A stretch of 64,000 nt of DNA from a virus (taxonomy: Duplodnaviria; Heunggongvirae; Uroviricota; Caudoviricetes): IMG/VR virus record IMGVR_UViG_3300032318_002198; one strand, 5' to 3'. Of this stretch, positions 40,988 through 51,957 are shown piece by piece. How positions within the stretch are numbered: position 1 is the first letter of the stretch; every line of letters begins with the position of its first letter. Position numbers and translations under genes: made by a program. Below the pieces are notes generated by a model, which did not search any database, was not told the DNA's origin, and saw only the letters and a list, made by a program, of their open reading frames with translations.

Positions 40988-41794
40988 TTTATTTTTTCGT
41001 GTGTTTTGTTCAGCAACAATATCTCTTGGGTGGAATTTAAAGCCTGGCGGTGTATCCACATGTAGATAAGTCCATTCATTCAAAAAGACTGGATTTCCGT
41101 CCACATTGCGATCCCATTTACGCATAAAGTAACGATCGGCGGTTGGATTAAGATCTAGTTGGTCAACCAGATTAGCAAATACAGAGTCGATAAGTATCAT
41201 GCCCTGACATTTTTCTAAAATAGTAAGCCAATCCCAAATTTGATTAGTTTGTTCGGTTATTTCAATGATTTGACATTCTGGGTCAATATTAGAAGTATCG
41301 ATATCGTAGGAGCAGTCGGAAGCTTTTTGATGTATAACCCAGTAGTTAGGGTTTTTCACTAGTTTATCGTAAAGTTGTTGTTCTCTATTAGTATCTCTAG
41401 TAATACATTGATCTAAGAGCCATTTATTTTTAAATGGTACTTTGGCGGCTGCGTATTTGTATTGATCAAATTTCATCATAGCAAACAAGTCTAGATCAGT
41501 ACGTTCTGGGTGGCTATTAATATATTGATATAGCCAAAGTATTTGATCTTCTTCTATGTTAAAGTTTTTCAATCGTTTAAGTGGTTCTTCGACGAAGAAA
41601 AGGCCGTGAGGGTCGGTGGGGATAGGAATCCAGTGTACCCAAGGGGCGGCGTTCTTCATGCTTTCCCAAAATGGTTCGCAGATAGGCCAATAGATATCGT
41701 TGCCTTCTTGATAGTAGTAGTGGGCAATAGGTAGAGCTATTACGAGGTCTCCGAGTCCGCGAGATTGTAGAATTCCTAATTTTTTTCGTGTCAT
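40976..41794 (-). CDS. GT-B glycosyltransferase, GT9/heptosyltransferase-like
   Basis: RGLGDLVIALP N-terminal motif; ILIDSVFANL C-terminal motif. Confidence 0.6.
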   Translation of the reverse strand: MTRKKLGILQSRGLGDLVIALPIAHYYYQEGNDIYWPICEPFWESMKNAAPWVHWIPIPTDPHGLFFVEEPLKRLKNFNIEEDQILWLYQYINSHPERTDLDLFAMMKFDQYKYAAAKVPFKNKWLLDQCITRDTNREQQLYDKLVKNPNYWVIHQKASDCSYDIDTSNIDPECQIIEITEQTNQIWDWLTILEKCQGMILIDSVFANLVDQLDLNPTADRYFMRKWDRNVDGNPVFLNEWTYLHVDTPPGFKFHPRDIVAEQNTRKNKSGI

Positions 41795-41819
41795 GATTTT
41801 ATACAAGTTAAGTATATAT

Positions 41820-42248
41820 TTAATCTATGGATGTATGGGTATCGAGATTTTCTTCTAATTTATCGATAAGTTCAAAAGCAGATATTGCTGGGACAAGTAG
41901 GATAGCGGGAGGGTCGTCGGAGAGCAGGGCCCAAGTTTTAAGATGTTCGCTAGGCATAGTTAAGTATTTGGAGGAGTAGTCGTATACAACGAGTGCCAAG
42001 AGTGTATCGTAGACTGCATTAAAAGACTCATCGGGTACTGTCCTCAAAGCCGAATCCAAATTTGAATCCAAGAATGTGTCCCAAATCTCAGATTCGTATG
42101 CCTTCAAGAATGAAGTTCGAAATTTATCGTACAACTCTGAGGTACGAACTGTAGGCCAAGTTGTATTCCAAATTTCTGGATATGTTCTTACTGATGCAAG
42201 TACCTGATCAATGTGTTTTGCGTTTGGAAGATGACTCCAAGCACTCAT
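41820..42248 (-). CDS. paralogous hypothetical protein (WSHLPNAxHID family)
   Basis: similar to 44152..44583. Confidence 0.65.
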   Translation of the reverse strand: MSAWSHLPNAKHIDQVLASVRTYPEIWNTTWPTVRTSELYDKFRTSFLKAYESEIWDTFLDSNLDSALRTVPDESFNAVYDTLLALVVYDYSSKYLTMPSEHLKTWALLSDDPPAILLVPAISAFELIDKLEENLDTHTSID

Positions 42249-42478
42249 GTTGTTTCCAGTTCACGAATTTTTTCGTATGCAATCACTGCGGGTAGTAGTA
42301 GAATTGCGGCGGGGCCTTCGATCAATATTGCCCACATCTTCAATTGATCAACGGTCATGTTCAAGTATTTGACTGCATCGTCGTATGCTATTAGTGCTAG
42401 AATCGCACTCCGAGCCGCATGATAAGCCGCAAGAGAATACGCATCCCGAGTCGCATACCAAGCCTCATCCCGAGCCAT
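42245..42478 (-). pseudogene. C-terminal half of the same paralog family
   Basis: ILALIAYDD..KYL..AILLLPAVIAYE without the N-terminal motif. Confidence 0.45.
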
Positions 42479-42568
42479 ATAGTACCTATTCTCTTTGTCC
42501 CATTTATATCCAGAATGTTCATACGATCTTAGTTTATTGACAAAGTTTTTGGGCGTCGGTTAGGGTGG

Positions 42569-43021
42569 TCATGCAAATCTGCTCCGGAATTCGGCGGCTT
42601 GTGCGGCCTTCGCGGCGGCCCTAGCGGCGTCACTCGCGGCGCCCCACGCGGCGTCCATCGTCGCGGCGGACCTCGCGGCGGCCCACGCGGCGTCACTCGC
42701 GGCGTCCAACTCATCATCCGTGGCTTGTGCGTTAGCGTGGCGCTCTGCCACATCAAGGGCGACCCGCGAGCGCGGGTCGGTCATCAAGTGTTGCACCTGT
42801 CTGACGCACCACACGGCGTACAGTCGTGCTTCGCGGTCGATGCCATCGCAGGCACGCAGGCACCACAAGGCATCGTCCAGCCCGTTGCTATCCAGAATCG
42901 TAACCAGCGCCAGAGGCTCGTCGTCGGCTTGTGTTTTGCCAAGGTGGCGTAGCAGCTTGGCCCAGCCTTCGGCGCACGGGCTTTGCTCGCGGATTTTGTT
43001 CAAGGTGGTGTAGGTGGTCAT
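42569..43021 (-). CDS. Ala-rich (AAWAAA) repeat phage protein
   Basis: PCAEGWAKLL..NGLDDALWCLR..DPRS..AAWAAA. Confidence 0.7.
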   Translation of the reverse strand: MTTYTTLNKIREQSPCAEGWAKLLRHLGKTQADDEPLALVTILDSNGLDDALWCLRACDGIDREARLYAVWCVRQVQHLMTDPRSRVALDVAERHANAQATDDELDAASDAAWAAARSAATMDAAWGAASDAARAAAKAAQAAEFRSRFA

Positions 43022-43584
43022 GCGGGTTTTCCGGTGGCTTTGGCGATGGCGGATCGGGCTTTTTCTGCTTCAGGCCAGTGTTGACGCCCGTACTTCCTGA
43101 ATTCCTTGTCAATTCTTTTCAGAGCCTCCAGCAGTTCCTGATTCGTCGCATGCAGGCGGCGCAGTTCCGCAGCGGCTTCACGGTGGTGCGTTGGCTTGCC
43201 GAGGGTCCACGCCTCCAAGTCATCAGCCAACCACAGGGCATGTGTTTGTTCAGTCATGGTTCTTGCTCCCCGCGTTCCGTCTGAGCATTCAGTCTCAAAC
43301 TCAAGCGAGGTGGCACCAACGGAGTTCCACGCCACCGGCTCCTGCTTCAGCGGCACCCGCCTTGCGTACTTCGGGTTGTTGCCCAGATCGCATCCCGGCT
43401 CCCATTCACCGGGGCACTGATCTTTGGCGCGGTCGCCGCAACTGCACTGCTCCGGCGCGGCGCGGAGGGCAGCGCAGGCTTTGCGGTACTCCGCTTCGTG
43501 GTGCATGTATGCACCACCGTGTTCCTCCAACGCCTCCGACGCCTGCTGCACCACAGCCCTAGGTAGGGTAATCGTATCGCTCAT
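43018..43584 (-). CDS. hypothetical mosaic phage protein
   Basis: GGAGG RBS; QEPVAW, AAAELRRLH, ARSAIAKATG modules. Confidence 0.55.
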   Translation of the reverse strand: MSDTITLPRAVVQQASEALEEHGGAYMHHEAEYRKACAALRAAPEQCSCGDRAKDQCPGEWEPGCDLGNNPKYARRVPLKQEPVAWNSVGATSLEFETECSDGTRGARTMTEQTHALWLADDLEAWTLGKPTHHREAAAELRRLHATNQELLEALKRIDKEFRKYGRQHWPEAEKARSAIAKATGKPA

Positions 43585-43737
43585 GTCAGTGCCCTCCAAA
43601 TCCCGTAAATCGACCACACCAGCACCGACACCATGCCGATGATGGCGAAGGTAAGCAGGGTGTTCCAGAACCTCTCAAGTCCTTGCCCTTCATATTTTTC
43701 TTTCATTTTTCTACTCCTGTGTTCTTAGATATAAATG

Positions 43738-44091
43738 TCAAATCATTTCGTACTTTACGGTGAAGCCATTCTCTTCCACATCATTGATCCAAGCACGGAA
43801 CTCTTCCACATGCTCCTTGCCGTGATTCCAAACACGGGTACCTACGGGCTTGTCTTCTTCCCAAATGTCTTCTGGAGCGAACACAGCTACTACCTCGTCA
43901 CGGCTACAATCACGCAGAACCCAATCAATGTAGGTTTGAGCAGGATCCTTGCTGGCAAGGATATCGTAGGTCACTTGGGTAGGAGTTTGGAGAGCGCGGA
44001 ACTCGCCGTTTTGGATGCCGCCGGTTCGCTTGCCTGCCTTGTTCTTGAAGGTGATTTTACGACTTGCGGTGATCATGATGTTCATGCTCAT
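43738..44091 (-). CDS. hypothetical protein
   Basis: AAGGAG RBS; TTGACA-17-TATAGT promoter at 44122-44150. Confidence 0.65.
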   Translation of the reverse strand: MSMNIMITASRKITFKNKAGKRTGGIQNGEFRALQTPTQVTYDILASKDPAQTYIDWVLRDCSRDEVVAVFAPEDIWEEDKPVGTRVWNHGKEHVEEFRAWINDVEENGFTVKYEMI

Positions 44092-44151
44092 TTCGTTTGC
44101 TCCTTAACTGTCTATGTATGTACTATAGCAGGGTTTGTGTTTATTGTCAAA

Positions 44152-44583
44152 TTATACCAAGTCCAATTTACTAATTCGTTCAAATGCAATCACTGCGGGT
44201 AGTAATAGAACGGATTCAGGCTCTTCACTGAGCATAGCCCAAACACTTAGTTTATCACTGGTCGTGTCTAGGTATTTGGCGGAATTATCATATACAACCA
44301 ATGCCAGTAGTGCATCTCGAGCCGCATACCATGCCAGTAGTGCATCTCGAGCCGCATTATATGTCGCGTTATAAGCCGTTTCTTTAGCCGCAGTCCAAAC
44401 ATCGACCCGGTCCATATCATGAGCCCTATGAAATGTCACCTCCCAAGTCATCTCGCGAACCGCATTCTCAGTTGCATACCCAGCCGCTACCCAAGCCTCA
44501 CTCCAAACACCAGGGTGTTTCTTCATCAAAGAAATCACACGATCAATATGTGCTGCATTGGGCAGACGACTCCACGGACTCAT
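44152..44583 (-). CDS. paralogous hypothetical protein (WSRLPNAxHID family)
   Basis: similar to 41820..42248. Confidence 0.65.
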   Translation of the reverse strand: MSPWSRLPNAAHIDRVISLMKKHPGVWSEAWVAAGYATENAVREMTWEVTFHRAHDMDRVDVWTAAKETAYNATYNAARDALLAWYAARDALLALVVYDNSAKYLDTTSDKLSVWAMLSEEPESVLLLPAVIAFERISKLDLV

Positions 44584-44874
44584 GTTGTCTCCAATTCACT
44601 AATATGTTCAAAGGCAACAATCGATTAATCTGTGCCAAAAGAGTTTTCGTTTATCAATGTATATCCGAGTACATTTCCTTGGCCGTATTGTGCCTCAGCA
44701 ATCAATTTAGCTTCGTAATCATTATTGGCGTGAATAATTACATTAGTAGTTTGTCCGTAATTGCTAATACGAACCCAAACATTATATTTGTTCATATATA
44801 CCTTTCGAAGTTAGATTATGTGTGTATGAATCTCGAGTGTATGGTATATATGAATTCTTGTCAACCTGCTGATT

Positions 44875-45645
44875 TTAAAACCATGATCCTTGTGTATGAT
44901 TCTTAAAAAAACTCTCGTTACGTTCAAGGGGTAGATCTCTGCGCCGTTCAAATTTGTAAGGTACTTGTAATGCTTGTGCGATACTTAGTGCAACACTTTG
45001 ATTTCCTATAAACAGGTCAGCACCGGCGATAACTTGAGCTAATTCTAATAGATCTTTAACAGGATGATAGTCTAACTCCCATCCACTAAATTTTTTAAAT
45101 TCTTCGTATTCTTCGGGTAGTCCAACGAATCTACTTTGTAAATCGTAACCTTGTTCTTGCCATTGATCCCAAAGTGGGTTACGTTCAGCTGGTGTCCACC
45201 CTCTACTGGTTCTGTTAACAACAATGGGCTTCGCGGGTATCTTGACAGGATTTTGAATAGTAATCCAAGGTGATGACGTAATTAGATCTTGTGTAGCTGG
45301 ATCATTAATACCAAATGCTTGGCAATAAACACCCACATAATTAGTAGGGTGATGTACAAATAGAGGGCGGAACCTATCAAGATTATGTGTGATTTCAACG
45401 GAAGGGTCTAGCGGGTCAAATTTTGAGATATAGGGTTGATGTTCGAAAAATGAGCGCATGAAATCTATATCTTTTTGGTTCATTTTTCCTTTATGATAAG
45501 GGCTCGGTTCCGAGTTGTAGTAATGTTTAGCAACCCAATCGATTTGATTAAGATGTAAAAAGAATTCTCCACCGCCAAAATGTTTAACCAAAGACAAACT
45601 ATAGATTATATCGCCTAAAGTGCCTGAGTGTTTAAATTTTTTCAT
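44875..45645 (-). CDS. GT9-like glycosyltransferase (heptosyltransferase-like)
   Basis: HSGTLGDIIYSL; LLELAQVIAGADLFIGNQSVALSIAQALQVP. Confidence 0.7.
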   Translation of the reverse strand: MKKFKHSGTLGDIIYSLSLVKHFGGGEFFLHLNQIDWVAKHYYNSEPSPYHKGKMNQKDIDFMRSFFEHQPYISKFDPLDPSVEITHNLDRFRPLFVHHPTNYVGVYCQAFGINDPATQDLITSSPWITIQNPVKIPAKPIVVNRTSRGWTPAERNPLWDQWQEQGYDLQSRFVGLPEEYEEFKKFSGWELDYHPVKDLLELAQVIAGADLFIGNQSVALSIAQALQVPYKFERRRDLPLERNESFFKNHTQGSWF

Positions 45646-45740
45646 TATTTTATAATCCTTTATCGGATATTTACAGTATAGACTAAGTATCAGGTACTGG
45701 TCAAGAAATAAATATTTGTATAGAATTGGATCGGTAATAT

Positions 45741-48368
45741 ATGACAATAATCGTGGGTGATTTAGTTACAGCGTCGGAGTTTAATTTAATCAGAAATAAA
45801 GTATTTGATTTAATTAAAACTCATTATGGGTACACATCGCCCAATTCACAAAATACAGTAGGTACAGGAAATAGTAATTCTCTCGTTGTTTGGAATAATT
45901 TATATCAAGAGCTAACAAATTGTCATATACATCAAAATAACACGGTAATACCAGGATTATTGCCGCCTCCCAGTGGATCTGTTCTTACTGCAAATTTTGC
46001 CGATACCTTACGTTCCGTAGCAGATTTATTGTGGATATCTAGGGATACGGTACATCCAAGTCAATTAGACACACAAGTTATTACAGATGTTCGAGTAGGA
46101 AATTGGAATACAACGTTGGTTTCTAGTATAACGTATACTTTTAATTCTTCGCAAGAAGCGGATTATTATTTTAATTTAGGTGGTAAGATACAGGTGGGAC
46201 TAAGTTATCCTAACATAACTTATACAACCCCCGATGATATATTGTGGAAGAATCTATTTGATAGTGCGATTTCGCAATTGAATATATCAGGAAATAATGC
46301 TTTTAGTAAAGTATCTGGAAATTCAAAGAATATATATGTATCAAATAGTGGTAATTCGATTGATATAAGTTGGATAAGATCAGGTGCAACTATTACGGTT
46401 AGTATATTATTAACGCCAACGGCAATTATATCGGTATTACCTACGGTAACTTATACCAATTATTATTCATCCGCCGATAATGGTCCTAGTCCGTATGGAG
46501 TTCCTTCCCCTCAGTTTTTCACTAGCGGTATTGATTTTGATAATGTGGCCATTGCTCCGCCGGCAACTAGAATATTATCAGTAAGCCCTAGTACGTTAAA
46601 TTATTCATTTAATTTTGTTACAACCAGTGCAGAGTCTACTATATCGGTAACTAATAATGGTAATAGTGTAATAACAGTGTCTTCGTTAGGATTAGTATTA
46701 GGTGAAAGTTTGCAGGATCTACTATTTACGCCGACGTCTAATAGCATATTAACGTGGAATACTGGAGGTACTACGCTATTAGCTCCGACCACTTTAACTC
46801 CTGGGCAAACAAAGATCATAAAGCTATCGTTTACATCAATCAAAGCACAAGCAACCACGGTAAATGGCGCGATCGTGATATATTCGAACAATCAAGCAGG
46901 AATAGTAATAATTCCTATTACTATAAACATAACTCAGCCAGCATTTGTAATATCGTTAAATCCATCGTCTTGGACTGATACCGTAACAACAAATGAAGCA
47001 AGGACGCAAGTATTTGATATTATAACTCCTCCGGGAATGCCAGTGACCAGTTATACTGCTTCGATAAACAATTATCATAATTTATCGTTCGGGTTGAATA
47101 ATAGTGGTAGTAATGGTCCGAGAGTTGTATTTGCTCCTACACAAGTAGTTAATGGTACATATGTATCGGTATTATCCGTAACTGCGTATTCCAGTACATT
47201 TGGTGTTTCTGCATCGATTTCGGCAGTAATGACGTTGACCAAAAATATCAATGCAGGAGCAACCAGGAATTTAGGTAAATGGCGTAGTCCCACAGCCTAT
47301 AATAATTCTGTAGTAGGACTAAGTTATGATGTTGTCGAGGGTGTAAGATATCTAACAATAGGAGTGGGAGCAGGAGCCAACGGTGCACCTGAAATATCCG
47401 GCGGTGGCAGTACATGGGCTAATGTAGATAATTTAGGAATTGGGGCAGACTCCTTGCCAAATTCAGGGCCTGCTTTGTTTGTTGCTCCAACACAAGGAAC
47501 ATATACTTCATTTTTAAACAATTATGGAGTATGGTTTAGGTCAGAAAGTAATTTACCACACAATATTCAACAAACAAGAGGATATACATTCAATGTGCCT
47601 AGTTCAGCAACGTACAATTGGACATTTGCCGCAGACAATAATGGATATTTTGCAATTGATGGAAATATAATTAGTGATAGAAGAACATTTGTTTATACCA
47701 CTCAGGGCGATTACGGCATAGAAGAGTATACTGCTACAAATACCAATGCATACAGTACCAATGCTTCGGGTACTGTATATCTAACTGCGGGACAGCATAC
47801 AATAACTTTTGGGATTCTTAATACCGGTGGGCCAGGATCATTCGCAATAGATATATCAAATAGTTCTGTTGGTTCGGTGTGGAATACAAGATTTCCTGTA
47901 AGAAATTCAATTCCTTATCCTTATTGGGCAGAAGTATATAGAATACCATTAATTGGCGCTGCCGCTACTTATCTAGCCAGCAATTATACTGTTAAAGATG
48001 GTGGATATTCATTTGGATATGCATATGGTTATCTAATGGGTAATGGTAATATATGTACGGTATATGATGACGGGGATGGTAATCTTTCGATTGTTTTTCC
48101 TACCACTTATGATCCTAGTGCAGGACCGGCGCATGACCCAACTCTTCAAGCAAATACTTACATTCCCTGGTATTATATACGAGGCGACAATATTTCCAGA
48201 GTAGTGCAATTAGAGTCCGGTGATCCGAGTCAAACTAGATTCTTCCTCGGATTCAATTTAAATGGTCAAGTATTAACTAGTCTTGTACCAACTCCGGATG
48301 TTGGATATCAACCAGTGTTTCCAGTGTTTGACCCTGGTGATGGTGGAGGGGTTAGTGGCGGCGAATAA
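45741..48368 (+). CDS. virion/tail structural protein with Ig-like and PA14-like regions
   Basis: Ser/Thr-rich; YYFNLGG; YNWTFAADNNGYFAIDG..VYLTAGQHTI. Confidence 0.65.
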   Translation: MTIIVGDLVTASEFNLIRNKVFDLIKTHYGYTSPNSQNTVGTGNSNSLVVWNNLYQELTNCHIHQNNTVIPGLLPPPSGSVLTANFADTLRSVADLLWISRDTVHPSQLDTQVITDVRVGNWNTTLVSSITYTFNSSQEADYYFNLGGKIQVGLSYPNITYTTPDDILWKNLFDSAISQLNISGNNAFSKVSGNSKNIYVSNSGNSIDISWIRSGATITVSILLTPTAIISVLPTVTYTNYYSSADNGPSPYGVPSPQFFTSGIDFDNVAIAPPATRILSVSPSTLNYSFNFVTTSAESTISVTNNGNSVITVSSLGLVLGESLQDLLFTPTSNSILTWNTGGTTLLAPTTLTPGQTKIIKLSFTSIKAQATTVNGAIVIYSNNQAGIVIIPITINITQPAFVISLNPSSWTDTVTTNEARTQVFDIITPPGMPVTSYTASINNYHNLSFGLNNSGSNGPRVVFAPTQVVNGTYVSVLSVTAYSSTFGVSASISAVMTLTKNINAGATRNLGKWRSPTAYNNSVVGLSYDVVEGVRYLTIGVGAGANGAPEISGGGSTWANVDNLGIGADSLPNSGPALFVAPTQGTYTSFLNNYGVWFRSESNLPHNIQQTRGYTFNVPSSATYNWTFAADNNGYFAIDGNIISDRRTFVYTTQGDYGIEEYTATNTNAYSTNASGTVYLTAGQHTITFGILNTGGPGSFAIDISNSSVGSVWNTRFPVRNSIPYPYWAEVYRIPLIGAAATYLASNYTVKDGGYSFGYAYGYLMGNGNICTVYDDGDGNLSIVFPTTYDPSAGPAHDPTLQANTYIPWYYIRGDNISRVVQLESGDPSQTRFFLGFNLNGQVLTSLVPTPDVGYQPVFPVFDPGDGGGVSGGE

Positions 48369-48462
48369 TCTTTTGAAATCTCCACTTGACAAATAATTGT
48401 TTTTGTCATAAAATCCAACACTTGCCAATTTAGCCGCAAGGTTTAACAACAGGAGAGCAATC

Positions 48463-49032
48463 ATGACGCAAATAACTGCAACGGAGGTTGCGGATAATGC
48501 TCAATCGAGTAAAAATCTAATCCGAGCAATAACTGCAACAATAATGGTAATTGCATTATCTTTATCTTTCTATGGACTATCGTGGATGGTAAAAGACAAA
48601 TTTAATCGCATTGAAGCAGACCCAACAAGCAACATCACTACAAAGGTGCGCGAAAGGCAATTGTCCTGTTTGGCTCGTAACATTTATTATGAAGCAGGCA
48701 GTGAACCATTTGAGGGAATGGTAGCAGTAGCACAAGTTACACTGAATCGCATGGAATCTGGAAAATTTCCAAACGATGTATGTGAGGTGGTTTATCAGAA
48801 AAATGGATTGATGTGTCAATTTTCTTGGTATTGCATAAATCCAAATAATTCTGTAAGACCAATCAATTCGAAAGAATTTGAAGAAAGTATAACAGTAGCC
48901 AAGAAAGTTCTTTTAGAAGGATTCAGGTTACCTAGTCTAACTACTGCATTGTATTTCCACGGGGATTCTATCGATCCCAAATGGAATCGAAAGCGGGTCG
49001 CTCAAATCGGTCGTCACATTTTTTATGAATAA
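48463..49032 (+). CDS. cell wall hydrolase (SleB / Hydrolase_2)
   Basis: CLARNIYYEAGSE..VAQVTLNR..CEVVYQ..QFSW..IGRHIFY; N-terminal TM segment. Confidence 0.9.
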   Translation: MTQITATEVADNAQSSKNLIRAITATIMVIALSLSFYGLSWMVKDKFNRIEADPTSNITTKVRERQLSCLARNIYYEAGSEPFEGMVAVAQVTLNRMESGKFPNDVCEVVYQKNGLMCQFSWYCINPNNSVRPINSKEFEESITVAKKVLLEGFRLPSLTTALYFHGDSIDPKWNRKRVAQIGRHIFYE

Positions 49033-49045
49033 AAGGAGATAAATC

Positions 49046-49357
49046 ATGGATCAATTTTCAAAGTTCGCAACCGCCGTCGCAACTTTTTTCAAAGACCATT
49101 TTGGAAATATTAGTGCTCACACACTAGGGTTTTTGGCTATTGTATTGGCCCATTTTAGTAGTATACCCACGTTGATGGCTGTATTGCTGGGCAAGAGTGA
49201 TCGATTGCCGCCAGTTGATCTAATGTTGTTTGTTTGGGCTAGTTTGATTGCCTTGTTCTTCAAGAGTCTTATCGACAAAAATAGTCTATATGCCGCAACA
49301 ATCGCAATTGGTTTTGTGGCACAGACTGTTATTATGAGCTTGATTCTATTCAGATAA
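49046..49357 (+). CDS. membrane protein (possible holin-like partner)
   Basis: three hydrophobic helices next to the hydrolase. Confidence 0.5.
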   Translation: MDQFSKFATAVATFFKDHFGNISAHTLGFLAIVLAHFSSIPTLMAVLLGKSDRLPPVDLMLFVWASLIALFFKSLIDKNSLYAATIAIGFVAQTVIMSLILFR

Positions 49358-49368
49358 ATAATTTTGAT

Positions 49369-49692
49369 ATGTTGAAAGTAACAGAAGCTGCAAAACAAAG
49401 AATAGTCGACCTTTTAATTGACGAAAACAAGCCTCAAACTTTTTTGAGAATCTACATCGAAGGCGGTGGATGCAGCGGTATGCAATATCGATTTGTATTT
49501 GACAATCAAATCAACGAGGACGATTCCGTCACTCCAATAGACAATTTCAATTTGGCTGTGGATTCGATCAGTATGCAATATCTTGCAGGTGCAGAAGTTG
49601 ACTATGCAGAAAGTTTGATGGAATCACGTTTTGTGGTCAACAATCCAAACAGTACAGGTAAATGTGGTTGTGGTTCGAGTTTCAGTGTATAA
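49369..49692 (+). CDS. erpA: A-type Fe-S carrier (ErpA/IscA/HesB family)
   Basis: GGGCSGMQY, VDY, NPN..CGCGSSF. Confidence 0.85.
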   Translation: MLKVTEAAKQRIVDLLIDENKPQTFLRIYIEGGGCSGMQYRFVFDNQINEDDSVTPIDNFNLAVDSISMQYLAGAEVDYAESLMESRFVVNNPNSTGKCGCGSSFSV

Positions 49693-49757
49693 GTGCTTGA
49701 CTTTCATTCGTGGATCCTATATAATAGAACAATCAAAACTCTGTGTTCGAAGGATCT

Positions 49758-51053
49758 ATGAATAAATCTTGCTATCAAATTATCGCTGAGCTCGAAGCCG
49801 ACAACAGTCGTCTTGCCAAAGAAGCAATTATTCAAGCAAATGTGGATAATCAAGAGCTGTTCGAAGGATTTCGTATGGCTCTCGATAATCTTTATACTTT
49901 TGGTGTGAAGAAGGTTCCAACTCACGGCGGACCTGATGGGCAAGGATTGCCGTGGGCGGCATTCAAAGAATTGGCTCATTTGTTGTATACCCGTCAACTC
50001 ACTGGCCACGCGGCACGAGATGCAATTGAGTTGGCACTTTCGGCATCTACACAAGTTGAATGGAACGATTGGTATCGTCGTATTTTGATCAAAGATCTTC
50101 GTTGTGGTGTGTCTGAAAAGACTATTAACAAGATCAAGAAAAATGCCGTACCTATTTTCGAAGTACAACTAGCTCACGATGGAGCCAATCATGAAAAGAA
50201 ACTTGTGGGCAAGAAGTTGCTCGAACCAAAGTTTGATGGTGTTCGTTGTCTTACAGTTGTAAATGCCGAAAATCGTACAGTTACACAATTCACACGCAAT
50301 GGTAAGGTCCTTGAGAATTTCGGGCACATCACTGCGGAATTGGAAAAACATATCGATCTCTTCGAACGCAGTTATGTGATCGATGGAGAGATAGTTAGCT
50401 CTAGTTTCCAAGCATTGATGAAGCAAGTTCATCGCAAGGAAAACGTACAGGCAGGCGATGCTATCCTTATGGCGTTCGATGTCATTCCTTTGGCTGAATT
50501 CAAACTTGGATTCAGTACAATGGGTCAACGTCGTCGCAGTGCTCTGCTACGCAATTTCAAACATGTGTTTGATAAATGTGGCAATATTGAACTTACTGAA
50601 CAAAAAGAAATTGATCTCGATACCTATGTAGGCGAGCTTGAGTTCAAAGAGTTCAATCGTAACATGATCGAACAAGGATTCGAAGGCATAATGGTTAAAG
50701 ACGTAGATGCACAATATGAGTGCAAGCGTAGTCATAGTTGGTTGAAAATCAAGCCGTTCATCGAAGTAAGTTTGGAAGTTACAGCAGTAGAAGAAGGTAC
50801 GGGACGCAACGAAGGACGATTGGGTGCTCTTGTGTGTGAAGGCACAGATGACGGTAAATCCATTCAAGTCAATGTAGGAAGTGGGTTTAGTGACGATCAG
50901 CGTAAAGAATTTTGGTTCAACAAAGACAGTCTCCCTGAGCAGATTGTTGAAGTTCGTGCAGATGCTATTACGTTGAATCAAGATGGTACATATAGTTTGC
51001 GTTTTCCAAGGTTTTTGCGATTCCGCGGGTTCAAGAAGGGAGAGAAGATTTAA
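49758..51053 (+). CDS. ATP-dependent DNA ligase
   Basis: [34 protein letters not shown]. Confidence 0.92.
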   Translation: MNKSCYQIIAELEADNSRLAKEAIIQANVDNQELFEGFRMALDNLYTFGVKKVPTHGGPDGQGLPWAAFKELAHLLYTRQLTGHAARDAIELALSASTQVEWNDWYRRILIKDLRCGVSEKTINKIKKNAVPIFEVQLAHDGANHEKKLVGKKLLEPKFDGVRCLTVVNAENRTVTQFTRNGKVLENFGHITAELEKHIDLFERSYVIDGEIVSSSFQALMKQVHRKENVQAGDAILMAFDVIPLAEFKLGFSTMGQRRRSALLRNFKHVFDKCGNIELTEQKEIDLDTYVGELEFKEFNRNMIEQGFEGIMVKDVDAQYECKRSHSWLKIKPFIEVSLEVTAVEEGTGRNEGRLGALVCEGTDDGKSIQVNVGSGFSDDQRKEFWFNKDSLPEQIVEVRADAITLNQDGTYSLRFPRFLRFRGFKKGEKI

Positions 51054-51271
51054 TGGCTAAGGGTGATGTAATATCGTTGGAAGGTATCGTACAGAAGGTA
51101 CTTCCAAACGCCTTGTTCAAAGTAAAGTTGGAAACAGGATCAGAAATTCTAGGTCACATTAGTGGCAAAATGAGACAAAATAAAATTCAAATCCTTGAGG
51201 GAGATCGAGTGCATTTGGAAATTAGTCCATATGATGTTTCAAAAGGACGTATAGTATTTCGAGACAAATAA
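51053..51271 (+). CDS. infA: translation initiation factor IF-1
   Basis: [27 protein letters not shown]. Confidence 0.93.
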   Translation: MAKGDVISLEGIVQKVLPNALFKVKLETGSEILGHISGKMRQNKIQILEGDRVHLEISPYDVSKGRIVFRDK

Positions 51272-51297
51272 AAAAGGACCTTAATGGTCCTTTTTTT
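51270..51297. terminator. bidirectional intrinsic terminator
   Basis: AAAAAAGGACC TTAAT GGTCCTTTTTT between convergent genes. Confidence 0.85.
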
Positions 51298-51805
51298 ATG
51301 TTAGATAATTTTTCCAACTAGGGTGTACTAACTCCCAACCCAATTTCTTACGCTTATCTACTAAGTGCCAATACGTGGGCTTCCACGGAGCTTTTTCTGG
51401 AACAATACGTTTGTTATTGCCTTTTTTTGAATTACACAGAGAGCAACTACAAACTGTATTGTCCCAAACGCTTTTACCGCCATGGCTCTGTGGTAGTACA
51501 TGGTCAAGTGTAGCAGTTCTGTGAGTAACGTTTACTCCACAATATTGACATTTGTATTCGTCACGTAAAAAAACATTTTGTTTGCTGAAACGAATCACGG
51601 TTTTCTTTTTTTGATATTCTTTGAGTATCATAACAGCAGGAACATTGGTTTGCCATCGGGCAGATCTAACTACCCAATCGTCATACCATTCTAAAACAGT
51701 TCCTTTATCCGTGACTAGATAGCGGATAGCTTCTTCCCAACTAACAATGCTAAGTGGAAGAAGGCTAACCGGTGCTGCGTCGGAATTAAGAATTAAGCAA
51801 GACAC
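51296..51805 (-). CDS. HNH endonuclease
   Basis: RDEYKCQYCG, TLDHVLPQSHGG, WDNTVCSCSLCNSKK. Confidence 0.88.
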   Translation of the reverse strand: MSCLILNSDAAPVSLLPLSIVSWEEAIRYLVTDKGTVLEWYDDWVVRSARWQTNVPAVMILKEYQKKKTVIRFSKQNVFLRDEYKCQYCGVNVTHRTATLDHVLPQSHGGKSVWDNTVCSCSLCNSKKGNNKRIVPEKAPWKPTYWHLVDKRKKLGWELVHPSWKNYLT

Positions 51806-51957
51806 GTTAACCTCTCATTATTGTGATAATGTATTTACATAAAAAATAGAGTTTGATTTTATTATTATAGCATATTTTTATGGATTTGTCTATAAAAAAT
51901 ACCTTATAATTGGTCTAGGAGAAACGATAAATATAAGATCAATAATAGGATTTTATT

